A stretch of 64,000 bases of DNA from Azolla caroliniana (taxonomy: Eukaryota; Plantae; Polypodiophyta). Within the stretch, counting starts at the first letter, position 1; every line of letters begins with the position of its first letter. Position numbers and translations under genes: made by a program. Below, piece after piece: positions 1 to 11,955 of this stretch. The notes under the pieces are model-generated. The model was not told the DNA's origin and did no database searches. It was given only the letters and a program-made list of their open reading frames with translations. Location: positions 372,001 to 436,000 of the forward strand of contig JBHGNT010000013.1 of NCBI GenBank assembly GCA_043228905.1, read 5' to 3'.

Positions 1-529
1 GTTGAGAGATAATAAACTTCCCAAATGAGCTAACTTGTTTGTTTGATTATTTGATTTTCTAAATCAAATAATCCCCTTGATTCCTTATCTCTTCTTATAG
101 GTTCTCTCATGCATATGATGATATGAGGGTGCATGGCATGCATGTGATGCATGTGATATATGATCACCATTTGGCGCACATGCATTACATGTGATGCATG
201 ATAGTCATCGTGTTCATCTAAGCTCTAATGTATGAATATAGATATGCCATAAGTATGATGATGAAAATATCATTATAGAAAATAGCTTATCCTAATGGTA
301 TATACTTCATACTTGGTGTGTGAGGTTATGGGTTCAAGTCTTTCAAAGGTAACTCATTACAATATTCAAGTTTATTTTTATATCGTGAAGCAAATCCTTC
401 ATGACACCATAGTGTGTGCACTTCTGCTACATCGGTTTTTGGTTCGTATTGCGTTTAATTTCTCTCAAATTTAATGCAAAGTTTGTAGCTTTCTAACTAC
501 TTCTCCTTGAACATCTGATATATGCGCTA

Positions 530-654
530 ATAATATGCCGGTAAGAAACATCTTTACCGGTCCATACTTTTTGAGGTGAGTCTCCTTCCAAGGGTGCTGA
601 GGGTGATCTATTTATCACATAGGTCACTGTCGTCAGCGCCTCAGCCCAAAACGT
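530..654 (-). pseudogene. Ty1/copia (Tnt1-like) integrase fragment, left half of the target site of the large gypsy nest
   Basis: Minus frame reads TFWAEALTTVTYVINRSPSAPLEGDSPQKVWTGKDVSYRH. It joins in frame to ...MLAHAKLPN from 32469 onward once 655-32468 and one ACGT copy are removed. Confidence 0.85.
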
Positions 655-901
655 TGTCGTGTTGTTTCACTTTCTCGTGGGAAATAAGGCGGGACCGCAG
701 GGGCCCTGAACCGAGGAGCAAGAGAAAGAAGAGGAAGGGAGAAGCGCGCATGCGTAGAGCCGGTTAGGCCTGTTTACAACCGACAACGCTTGCCAGCTGA
801 ATGAACCACCAACGTGTATACCGACTGAACAAGAAGCACGCTCACGAGAAAGGGGAGACTCACAGAAACACAGATAGACGAAAAATAGGAGATTCAATTA
901 C

Positions 902-2748
902 TGTCACAAACACACCAACGCCAGACTATGACAAAGCACAGATGACAAGGCTACGATCGAGAGAAGGTTACAAACATGGAACTCGACATGATGAGGCTAG
1001 AAAATCGGGAAGTTGAGAGCGATGAGATGAGGAACTTAAGACGCTAGGAACAATACAAAGAACATAAAGACAAAGATGTACATCAAGGAGAGAAGATGGG
1101 GCTAAACAAGAATACTAGATTGATGTGTTAATGACTGGTGTTGATTCGAATTGATTTGAGAATACATGTATGCGCTTATTTATAGGTTCCTATAGAATAG
1201 CTTAGAGATTTCTAGAATGTTCTAGAATGTTCTAGACCTAGAATGCTCTAGGACATTCTAGAACATTCTAGAATAATCTAGAGTTTTTACAATAATCAAT
1301 GTAATACAAGAAGTAGCTTTTATTGTTTCATATAACAATAAGCTATCTTAATGGTTGAGGTTTTGAAGTATGAATTACAAGGTTCGAGGTTCAAGTCCAG
1401 GTGACGCCATAATGGTCATGTGTTCATGACACTATCCCTCCTTTGAGAACGCCGAGTGGAAGTCGACGTTAACATTGTTGGGCCGGGCTTGTTTGGATAG
1501 TGACGATGGAAGTCGTTGACCAAAGCTTCAACATTACAAACATTATCGATGGGTTCCCAAGTGCGATCACTCGGAGGATAACCAAGCCAATCAACTAGAT
1601 AACAAAGCTTATTGCGCACAATCTTAGAATCGAGAATAGCAGCTACCTCGTATTCGGGGCCGTCCACAAGTTGTACAGAAGGCGGTGGTGGCACGACACG
1701 ATCAGGAATTAAAGAGGTGTGGCAAGGTTCCAAAAGAGAGCTATGAAAGACAGGGTGAAGCCGCATATGTGCAGGAAGGTTAAGACGAAATGTTGCATCA
1801 TTAATCTGCGCCGTGATGACAAAAGGACCTAAGCGTTGATAGTCAAGCTTAGCACACGATCGGGTAGTCTTGATGTGACGACGAAGCAACCATACACGGT
1901 CACCAACCTTAAACGGAGACTTAAGACGATGTCGATCGGCATTGGTCTTATGGTGTGCTTGCGCTTTCTGAAGATGTGACGATAACTTGAACTGGATTTG
2001 TTGTAGTCGGTGGAGGTGATGCGCCGCACTAGGGTTTCGTGACACCTCGGGAAGATCCAGTATACACCATCGAGGGTGGTTGCCGGTGTAGGCAAAGAAA
2101 GGTGTAACTTTGGTAGAAGAGTGGACCGTGTTGTTGTATGCAAACTCAGCAAGATGTAAAATTTTACTCCAATCATCTTGTTGATAACTAATGAAACATC
2201 AAAGATATTGCTCGAGCGTTTGATTTGTGCGCTCTGTTTGTCCGTCAGTTTGTGGATGATAAGCCGAAGAGAGTTTGCAAGAGATTTTGAGGCATGCCCA
2301 TAGGTGCTTCCAAAAGTGTGAGATAAATTGAGGACCTCGATCGCTAATAATATCATTCGGGAGACCATGATGGCGAAACACTTCACGCATAATGAGATCT
2401 GCAGTTTCTTCACTATTGACGGTCTTTACACATGGTACAAAATGTGCCATCTTGGTGAACCGATCCACTACTGTTAAAATACATGTATGCGCTTATTTAT
2501 AGGTTCCTATAGAATAGCTTAGAGATTTTTAGAATGTTCTAGAATGTTCTAGACCTAGAATGCTCTAGGACATTCTAGAACATTCTAGAATAATCTAGAG
2601 TTTTTACAATAATCAATGTAATACAAGAAGTAGCTTTTATTGTTTCATATAACAATAAGCTATCTTAATGGTTGAGGTTTTGAAGTATGAATTACAAGGT
2701 TCGAGGTTCAAGTCTAGGTGACGCCATAATGGTCATGTGTTCATGACA
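902..2748 (-). mobile_element. Chromovirus (Ty3/gypsy) deletion derivative
   Basis: Full LTR 902-1431 (TGTCA...TGACA), PPT 1432-1445, partial LTR 2478-2748, TSD ATTAC (897-901 / 2749-2753). Confidence 0.9.
1416..2468 (-). pseudogene. Integrase core, GPF module and chromodomain
   Basis: DRFTKMAHF...ISDRGPQF...[11 protein letters not shown] (2199-2468), then LGPF...HPVFHSSLL and chromodomain EYEVAAILDSK...YLVDWLGY...TWEP (1416-2045); interrupted by a stop. Confidence 0.9.
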
Positions 2749-3815
2749 ATTACCATGTCAGTAACAATTATAGTGTTTGCAAGATTACAATCGGCTAGCC
2801 GGCGACAACCCCTACCCAGACGATCACACTCCCACGCACGCACACTGTGGAGCCTCTGTCTGAAGCACACAGGCTTTCCTCGAAGCAGAGGCAAACGACT
2901 CAGAAAACCTGCAGAGAATAATGATAGATAGAGGAGGAGAGAGCTTGATTCCTAGTCCGACAACACCTCGTCCTTGCCCCAAAACATGATATCTAGCTTG
3001 GTCTCCTCTCCTACCTTTTATAGGCCGTCAAAGAGAAGTCGTTACATCCTAGTCACATCACCCTTATTAGCTGTCCCTTCGGACAGGGATACGTATTGAT
3101 ATCCCTAGCTAATGAACGTGTACTACCTAGTATATTTACATGAACCGAACTATTCCTAGTTATGTACAAAGTGTTGGTTGGTGTGCACACGCGTAACAGC
3201 TGGTTCTTGCCCCCCCTTTCCCCGATTCTGCCTAAGGCCGGTTTTCTTCACGACAGCCATCCCCACCAAACTACACATCCACCGGCATGCGCCAGAGAGG
3301 GACAAATGCTGGAGAAAACCGGCTCGCACTCACCCGTCGCTCTCTAAATCTTCATCCACTCCGAACCGGCTGTCATCATCGTCCTCGCTTTCCATATCCA
3401 TATATTAAGCTAATCGTAAATAATTATTTTACTAGTTTTCATATCGTGTGTGAAAAATCACACGACATTCACCCCCACCAAACCTGCACATCCACCGGTA
3501 TGTGCCAATTGTGGTGAGGTTCCTCTTTTTTAAGTACTCTTCTTCAACCTCGATGTTCGAGGATACATCATCTAGATCTTCGATCTCAAGATTTGGGGCT
3601 TCTCTTCTCTTAAAGATCTTGATCCTCTTCCCTACTATCGGCAAAGCAAGTCAAGTTCCATCCAACCACGCTAAAAAATAGGTTGCATTGCTTTCTACTT
3701 TCTTGACCATATACGGGCCAAACCATCGTTTTGCAAACTTTCGAGCAGTGCTATATTGATTATCGAGACTACTATCATAAACAAGAACCCAATCTCCTTC
3801 TTCAATTTTTCTTTG

Positions 3816-6800
3816 TCAAAGACGATGCTTTCTATCAAAATTCTCCTTGTTCTTCAATCGAGCTTGGTGCAATCGTTCTATTGCCAACTCGACATCTTCG
3901 GGCCTTCGTTCTAATTGTTGAATCCTCGTGGCTAGCAAGTCTTCCTGACTCATTTCCTCTTGCGATGGCAAAGACGTCCACGAAGCAACACTTTGCTCAA
4001 TAGGCATTATTGGTTTTTGTCGTAATATGAGTTTGGCGGGCATATATCCCATAGTCGTGCTATGTGTAGTTCTATCTGCCCACAATGCATAAGGTAGTAA
4101 TCGTGGCCAATTTCCCATCTTGCCGTCGCAAGCCTTTGCTAGAGCTTTTACAATTGGACTATGTCCTCGTTCCACCTTCCCATTTGCATCCGGGTTGTAT
4201 GCCATGGTGAGCGATAATTTGACGCCTATTCTTGAAAAGAACTCTTTAGCTTCATTCACATCTAATTCTCCTCTATCGGCCACTATTTTGCTGACACATC
4301 CGTATCGACAAATAACATCTTCAAGGAGAAACCTACAAACCGCCGAAGTTGTTTTATTCCTTAGCGCCCGTCCTTCTACTTGGTTGGTGAGATCCTCTCT
4401 TGCTAGCACGAGATATTTCAATTGCCCCAATCCCATTGGCATAACCACTATGTCTACCAATCACTTATAGTGCATTGATAATGGATATGTCGGATGAAGT
4501 TCATCCCTATGTTGAATATTCGAGTATAATTGGCATTGCTCACATGTTTCAACATAGCTTGCTACATCTTTGTAAACATCCGGCCACCAATACTTCTCCT
4601 TGAGCTTTGCAAATGTTGCCCATATACCACGATGACCTGCCCACACACTATCATGAAATTCAACAATTAGTGTTTGTTGATCTTGTTTCTTGCACACCAC
4701 TCGAAGTGGAGTTCCATTCTTTTTCTTCGGAAACTTCCATAGATGTCCTTCTATGAGGAAGAACTTGTAGGCGTTCTTCCTAATTCGGTAGAAGTCTTCC
4801 TTTGACCATGATTCATCTTTTGTAAGAGAGCTTAAGTATTTGCCAATTTCGATGAATTCACCCTCATAATCTTCTACTTTGAACACTGCTAGCACCCGAG
4901 CACAAGAAACCGTAAAGAAGTTTAGGCAAACATCCTCTTCGTCGGAGTCCAAATCTTCTTCACCCTCATACCTCGACCTTGACAACATATCAGCCACCAC
5001 ATTATGCTTTCCATTTATATGCCGAATCTTGGGGTTGAGGGACTTGATATAGGCAATCCATCGCAGCATAGCAATATCCAGTGTAGCACAACCGGATATC
5101 ATTCCGAGAATAGGTAGACAGTCGGTTTCGATTATGACCTCTGTTCCTATAAGGTAGTCACGGTCGGTTTTAACCGCGGATACTATTCCCGATAGCACTC
5201 TCTTTACTTGAGCATACTTCCTTTGTCTTTCGGTTAACACCTTCGCACCGAATCGGATTGCATACAGATTCTTTTCTTTGTCTTCTTGGTTTATCACCCA
5301 TCCAATTCCGGTTGGGCTCGTATCCACCGTCACATATATCGGGGTACCATCGGTGTAGTCGACTTTGCACAATGTTGGAGCTTCCAATAATAGTTTCTTT
5401 AGCTTTCGAATCGCGTAGGTATGCTCATCTTCCCATTCGAACTTCTTCCTTTTCTTTAATAGTCCATACAATGGTTCAGCGACATGGGCATAATGTGGAA
5501 TCCATATGTGATAGAATGCACATGCTCCCAAGAATCTACGCACCTCCGTTTGAGACACACATTCTTCTTTCATCTCTTGAATAGCGTTCACCTTGGATGG
5601 AGACCGGCCATAAGACCCACATAAGTGTCCTACTACCATTATTTCTAGTTGACCGAATGTAGACTTCTCTCCCGAAAGCGTGAGATTCGCATCCTCAAGA
5701 TTTTGCAACACCTTCTCACTATCCTTTATATGATCGATGACGAATCTTCAACAACCATCTTCATCTTTCGATTCATCTTTCTCTTCCATCAAGCATCCTT
5801 TGATTGGAATGTCATCTAAGAAGGGCATTGTGATATCGGGGATGCAATCCCTCAACACTTTATTCATGGCATTCACCATGTGGGCTACGGAATTTGTTGC
5901 ACCTTGGGGTAAGGTGCACATCCTTACCAACCCGATCGGCGTCCTCATTGTCGTTATGTCTCTACTATCGATGGCCAATTGAAATTGATCATAGCCCGAG
6001 TAGAGATCTCCAATGGAATAGATCGATCTTCCCGCGAAGGCTTTGGCAAATTCATCCACGCTTGGACCAATTCCGGCATTTCGGATCGTCACCTTGTTGA
6101 CGGGTTGGAGATCTTGTATAAAGCGTAAGGACCCATTCTTCTTCGGCACCGTAAACCATCTATTAGAGTAGGGAGCATTGGATGGCTCAAGAATTCCCAT
6201 CCTAACCTTTTCCTTTAGAAGCTCAATCAACTTTGGAATGTGAGCTCTTGGAACCGGGATCGGCTTGAGGTTCCAAGGTACATGTGGCACCGTAAAAATC
6301 ACCATCGGCTCTACCATCTTCGGGTCGGCACATCCGATCTCTTGTGGAGAGAAGGCAAAGGCTTTCCCATGTCTCTCAAGCATTCCGCGGAACATTCTCT
6401 CCTCTTCGGGGAGAAGGAAATCTTCCCTTCCAACTTGTAGCTTTCCTTTTGTCTCTTTGGTGAAGACATGACCTATTGCCTTTGGATCCCTTAAGCTTGG
6501 ATCATTGGCAACTTCTTTCATCTTCTGCCAGCTATCTTCCGGTAGCGGAACTGCAACTGGCTTGATCTTCTTATCCACCGTTTTATATTTTGTGTTGACT
6601 TCAGCTTCCTCCATCAAGATGCCTCGATGATATTCATCGATGATAGCGTACATGTTGATGGAATTAACCGAAATCACATTTTCACCGATGGTGTCGTTAA
6701 ATGAGGCTTCCTCTAGAATATGAGACACGAATTCTTCTTCTTCGATTATGCTTTCTTCTTTCAGCATCTTCTCGAAGTCTTGTATCTTACGCTTGTCCTT

Positions 6801-6863
6801 CTTGTTGAGTACTGTTAGTTTACATGCGCCACTAGGTGTCACACATGTTGCTTCTCCTTGCAA
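3816..6863 (-). pseudogene. pol: pol of X' (RT, RNase H, integrase), broken by in-frame stops
   Basis: ORFs 5748-6863 (PKKNGSLRFIQDLQPVN, LPQG, PFLDD), 4461-5711 (VDTSPTGIG, HHCC zinc finger), 3816-4460 (VADRGE, NGKVERGH). Confidence 0.9.
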
Positions 6864-7070
6864 TCCACTTATTTCGCTTACTTGTGGGGACTTATGATTG
6901 CTCAGACTATTTGTGCCCCACGCTTCAATAGTCCGCTCTAAAAATCTGAGGATTCGCCTCCAAGGCTATCTCGGTTCCTTTCGTGATTAGCCCGCACCGT
7001 AAGGAATTGAACAGATCTTTGATTGTCAAGGCTCTTGACTCGCACGAAGGCCGCTCCGTTATCGAACACT

Positions 7071-8512
7071 TTAGTCTCCATCCGGGACGATGTGATATAT
7101 GGAAGCCGAGTCTTGCACGAAGAAGTGTTGATCCATCTCCACATCTCCGATCGTGACTTTAACATTGGGGCAAGCTCCGTACAGGTCTTCCGTGGCCTTC
7201 GTTGCCGCTCGTATCTTCCATCCGTGGTTTGTGTTGATCGGCCATCTTCCTTTCTTGTAGAATTCGGTCGACATGAGGTTGATCTCCGAACCATGGTCAA
7301 TCAAGGCTACCACGGTCTCCTTCTTCTCTCCGATCTTCACCGGCGTCTCTGTTGTCGCTCTTGCCCAATGAGGCCGAGAGTAATGGTTGTCCGCCATCAC
7401 TTCTTCTTCCTCCTCCTCTTCGGATCTTGCCTTGGTTATGGCACTTGTTTTCACCTCTTCTTCATCCGATTGTTGCCGCTTCCGCTTAATCATGTCCACG
7501 ATAGTATCGTGGAACTCCTTCTTAGCGATCCCAAGTAGCTCTCTCAAAGTAAGGTTGACATGACTGTCTAAAACCTTCTCCTCAAGGACCTTCCGCAAGT
7601 TGGTTGTTTGTTCTATGTCCGACCTTAGCTTGTAAGTCGGCGCCACTCGTTCCTTTCCTTTCTTCACAGATTCATCGACTTCCATCCGAGAAGGTTGGCT
7701 CGATCCACCGGGCTTCATGCTTGTTTCTCCTATCTCTTTTCGTGGCGTAGGTTGGTCTTGTCCTTCTTTCCCTGCATTCCTTGTATTGTGACGCTTTGAG
7801 GTTTCATCTTCTTCACCGGTTCTTTTCCTCTTTCTTGTCAAAATTGTTGATCGGCTTGTTAGACTCAATCGTCATAGGTGCATTCCTCCTCCACGATTGT
7901 GGATTCTCCATATTAGTTTCCGCTTGCCATTGTCGACGCTTATCAAGATGGCTACAAGCCTTCTTCACCGCCGCCCAGTCCGCCACCAAGCCATTTGGTT
8001 GTGTTTCATCCTCCAAAAAGTTACCCAATTCACGCCGATCTTTGGCATCCACTACCTTCAGGAATAGTAGGACTTTATCTCCATCGAGAACTCTTTGATC
8101 AACACTCGGAAGTCGGTTATACTTCTGGTCGAATTCGGCATATACTCCAGACGCACACATATTCTTCCCTTTCTTCTCGATCCAAAACATTAGCGTATGT
8201 CGAGTCATCCGTGATGCGTCTTCAAGCATGTATTCGGCGAGAAGCGCCTTTTCAAACTCCGCCCAAGTTGCATGCTCGCTTTGGATCTCCATGATGCGCT
8301 TGTGGATCTGTGGTTCCACCACACGTTTGAAGCTAGAAATTTGTTTGAGATCGTTGACATCCCTTTCTTGCATCTCATTCCGATAGGTAGCAAGAAGATC
8401 CGTGATATTCTTGCCACCAAATCGTCCAACTATCTCGACCGTACGATCAACAGCTTTGTCGATTAAAGATTCTCGATCTCTCACCTTCAACATGTATTCC
8501 ACTATGGACACC
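7071..8512 (-). pseudogene. gag: gag/protease of X', frameshifted
   Basis: ORFs 7813-8512 and 7071-7868. Homologous to the X gag pieces at 31254-31677, 21136-21492 and 19683-19891. Confidence 0.8.
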
Positions 8513-10850
8513 TGTTGAGAGACAAGCTCAACATATGCCAGATCGGATGAAGAAGCCGAGGACAGGATTGGTTGGGACCGATCGGTTAGGCCGAATGCGT
8601 AAAACGGTACGCAGACCGGTGTGTAGGTAGGGCCGGATCGGTGCGTAAACCGGGAGGCCGTTAGGAAAGATATTCTGTGAGGAATATATTTGGGAGTTAG
8701 TGTAGGAGCTCTTAACGAGCATTGAAGTACTATCAGTACTTCTGTCAGTCCTTCTAGGACTTGTATAAAAGTGTTCATTGAACACACATATGTACAGAGT
8801 GTTGAATATAGTTCTGGTTTTTTCTCTCTCTCACACTCTCTGTCTCTCCCGCGTATACTGCGTAAGCTCAAGCTCTCCATTAAACCTGAGCTTTCTTCCT
8901 TCTGTTCGGTCTCCATACTTGCTTCTGCACGCTACTTTTTACATGGTATCAGAGCGCGAGGGTTGAGAACCTCTCCGCAGCCGACACAGCTTGACAAAGA
9001 AGAACAAGAAGAACGATGGATAGAGGCATGGCGACCTCGCTTGCAACAGAGAAGCTCGACAGAACCAACTACGCGTCTTGGTCCTACAAGATGCACCAAT
9101 ACCTGCTCGGGCACGGCTACTGGAGTTATGTCGAAGGAGCTAATGACGCGGCACCCGAACCGACACACAAAGACTTCCCGTCGTGGGAGCAATCGGCGAG
9201 CAGGGTATTATACTGCTTCGCGTCGTGTGTGGGCGAACAACTATTGAGCTATGTTCGGGATGCAAAGACGCTGAACGGTGTGTGGTAAAATCTGAAGAAG
9301 ATCTTCGCTGCGAGCACCACAGCTAGGAAGCTTCAGCTCCGACAGGAGTTGAGCAACCTACGACAACACAACTTGTCGGTAGCAGACTATAGCTCGAAGA
9401 TCAAGGATATCTGCGACTCCCTCGCCTCCATAGAGGTGAACATTGAGGAGAGCGAGATGGTCCAGATCTGTCTCGGAGGTTTGGTGTCGAAGTTCGGAGC
9501 GTTTCGAACGGCTGTGTGTACCCGGGAGAATACGCCGTCCTTTTTCGACTTACAGTCAATGCTCCTGGTAGAGGAGAACCACGCGGGTGTGTCTACAAGC
9601 ACGCACACCGACAGCAGAATGTTGTACACGGAGGGAGATAGGCCCCGTGGACGTGGAGGACGAGGCGAGTCGGCGCGCAATGGAGGCGGCCGACGAGATC
9701 AAGGAAGAAGACACCGAAGTGATGCCGACAACAACTCCGGACCCTTCGGAAACAGGGGGAGTCGAAGCGATGAGAACGGGCAAGGGAAGGCCATCGCGGA
9801 GTGCTGGTACTATGGCAAGAAAAGCCTCAAGGAAAGTGAGTGCTGGAAGAAGCGTGCCGATTCGGAGAGAACCGGTTCCGGAAACGGCTCCGGACATACC
9901 GACAAGGGAAATCGGCAGCGATCGCACTACGCCGAAGACTCCAGGAGAGCCGGAGAAGGGTCTGCCTTCGTGATGAGACACGAAGCAAACTCAATGAAAT
10001 AGACCACCCCGAGATTGGACGAGGTGTGGTACTTAGGCTCCGGCGCGTCAAACCACATGACGAGCCATAAGGAGTGGTTCTCGTACCTTGAAAAACCGAT
10101 ACAACCTGGATTAGTCGCAACTGGAGACGACACTCTGCATCCGATCACGAATGTCGGAGATGTTCCCCTTAGCCATGTCGGGCAGAAAGGGAAACTCATG
10201 AACATGTTGCACGTTCCGACAATCACGAAGAACTTGGTCTCGGTCGGACAGATCGTCAACCAAGGGATGCATGTTCGGTTTACACACCTCGGGTGCTTCA
10301 TTGAGGAAGAAGGCCGTGTGATTGCGCAAGGGCGCAGAGATGGGAGGATGTTCATCCTCGACTCCACTGACGGTGGCACCGCAATGTTCGCAAAGGGACA
10401 AAAATCCGAGTCGGATATCGACTTGTGGCACAAGCGGATAGGCCACGTCAGCTACCAGCGGCTTCAAGATCTGCAATCAAAACAGGTAGTGTTCGGTTTG
10501 CCCAAATTTAGTGGCCGAAAGGCACAAATTTGTGAAGCCTGCCAGCTCGGGAAGCAACACCGACTTCCTTTCCCCAACGAGCGAAAATGGAGCCGGAACA
10601 AGCTCGACCTTATACACTCCGATGTATGGTGGCCGGCACAAAACGTTAGTCTTGGCGGGAGCCGATATTTCGTCTCCTTCATCGACGACCACATGTGGCA
10701 CACATGGATCTACCTCATTGAGAGGAAGAGCAAAGTCTTCGCCTGTTTCCGGGAACTCAAAGGGTTCGTGGAAATAGAAACGGGACGAAAGATCAAGTGC
10801 CTTCGGTCGGATGGCGGGATAGAGTACTTTTCCGGTCAATTCAACGGTTA
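8513..10850 (+). mobile_element. Ty1/copia element A, 3'-truncated
   Basis: LTR 8513-8943 (TG...CA), PBS TGGTATCAGAGC (tRNA-iMet) at 8944, gag LATEKLDRTNYASW, protease WYLGSGASNHMT, integrase LIHSDVW...LRSDGG; premature stops. Confidence 0.92.
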
Positions 10851-11955
10851 CGGATGGTCGTCATTTTCGCGACCGGCGCAAACGTCTCATTGTGGTCGAT
10901 GTCGTGTTTCTGCGCATAGCCCTTTGCGACTAGCCGAGCCTTGTATCGGTTGACAGAGCCATCAGTGTTGTACTTGACCTTGTACACCCACCTACACCCG
11001 ATCGGTTTTACCCCCCTTGGTGCGTCAACCAGGTCCCAGATCTCGTTCTCCGCCAATGCGTGCATCTCTTCCTCCATCGTGGCACGCCAATTCACGTCTT
11101 TAGCCGCTTCTGCGTAGCTCTCCGGCTCACGCACTTCCGCTACACAGGTCATGTACGCATAATGATGCGCCATGTACTCGTTGTATCCAAACTGCAAAAC
11201 AGGATTCTTCTGGCGGGTAGGTCGGCGTAATCTCACATTAGCCGATGTCGAGGCCTTCTCGGTCGATGCGGACGTCACCTTTAAAGACCCGTCACCGGTT
11301 CCCTCGGAGTCGGACTCCCGTCGGTCTGACTCGTTCCTATCCGTGCCGGAATCCGACACCTTCTTCTTCCCTTTCTCTTTGCGCGTAGGCCGTCTCCTCG
11401 ACTTCCTGCGCGGGGAATGCACGGCCGAGTCTCCACTACTCGCCGGCTCTTCATCGGACTGGTCGTACCGACTCAGTCGTCCATGTTACCGGCCGGCAAG
11501 GAGTCCAAAATACGGAGTGAAGGAATTAATTAAGTATGGTTGGAAATAAGCATAGTGTGGACGGACGGACTGGAAACGGTATGCCGTTCCAGATCCGGAC
11601 GGATCCCGAATAGGTGCGATAGGCACCGTTTTGTACTACGGGCCGGAAACCTATTTAAAGGCCTGGACCCCATTGTAATCGCAGCGGATAATTAATAGAG
11701 CGTATGGTGTTTATACTTCTGTGTTGATTTCCGTTCTGTAATTACTGTTATATCTTACGCGTGTAATTAACAAAAGCGCTCTAATCGTGTAACCTACGTA
11801 AGTCGGTGTAATCGTTGAGTCATAATCCTATGCCGTAATCACCCTTTGGTGAAGTGTCTCCGTGACACCTTGTGTTAGGCCTTGTCCGGTCAGAGAACAA
11901 CACAGTTTTGGCGACCACGATTCCTGCTTTCTCGCAGCGAAAGACGGCTTAATGG

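Larger units (their letters stand above)
655..3255 (-). repeat. 3' LTR of element X, interrupted by a chromovirus
   Basis: 655-901 and 2754-3255 align colinearly with 31724-32468; the differences are mostly transitions. Confidence 0.9.
3390..8512 (-). mobile_element. Second, related gypsy element X' inside X (gag-PR-RT-RH-INT, own PPT and LTR stub)
   Basis: gag 7813-8512, protease ALIDHGSEINLM, RT FLDD, RNase H, integrase. PPT at 3468-3480 is followed on the minus strand by TGTCGTG at 3467. The left boundary is approximate. Confidence 0.75.

Noticed and set aside
1-406. Possible LTR (starts GTTGAGAG, ends TTCATGACA, ATGC-rich repeats)
   Set aside because: No partner copy, TSD, PBS or PPT can be verified within the window.
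1205-1285. TTCTAGAA repeat cluster resembling a CRISPR or heat-shock element array (also 2525-2600)
   Set aside because: No unique spacers; it is internal LTR sequence. A heat-shock element role is possible but unsupported.
3371-3467. Possible complete 97-bp mini-LTR (TGTCA...CGACA)
   Set aside because: The left TGTCA falls within an acidic coding-like tail and there is no TSD; more likely a truncated LTR.
7813-8916. 367-aa ORF as a single gene
   Set aside because: Chimeric: the N-terminal part reads through the antisense Copia LTR; only 7813-8512 is gag.
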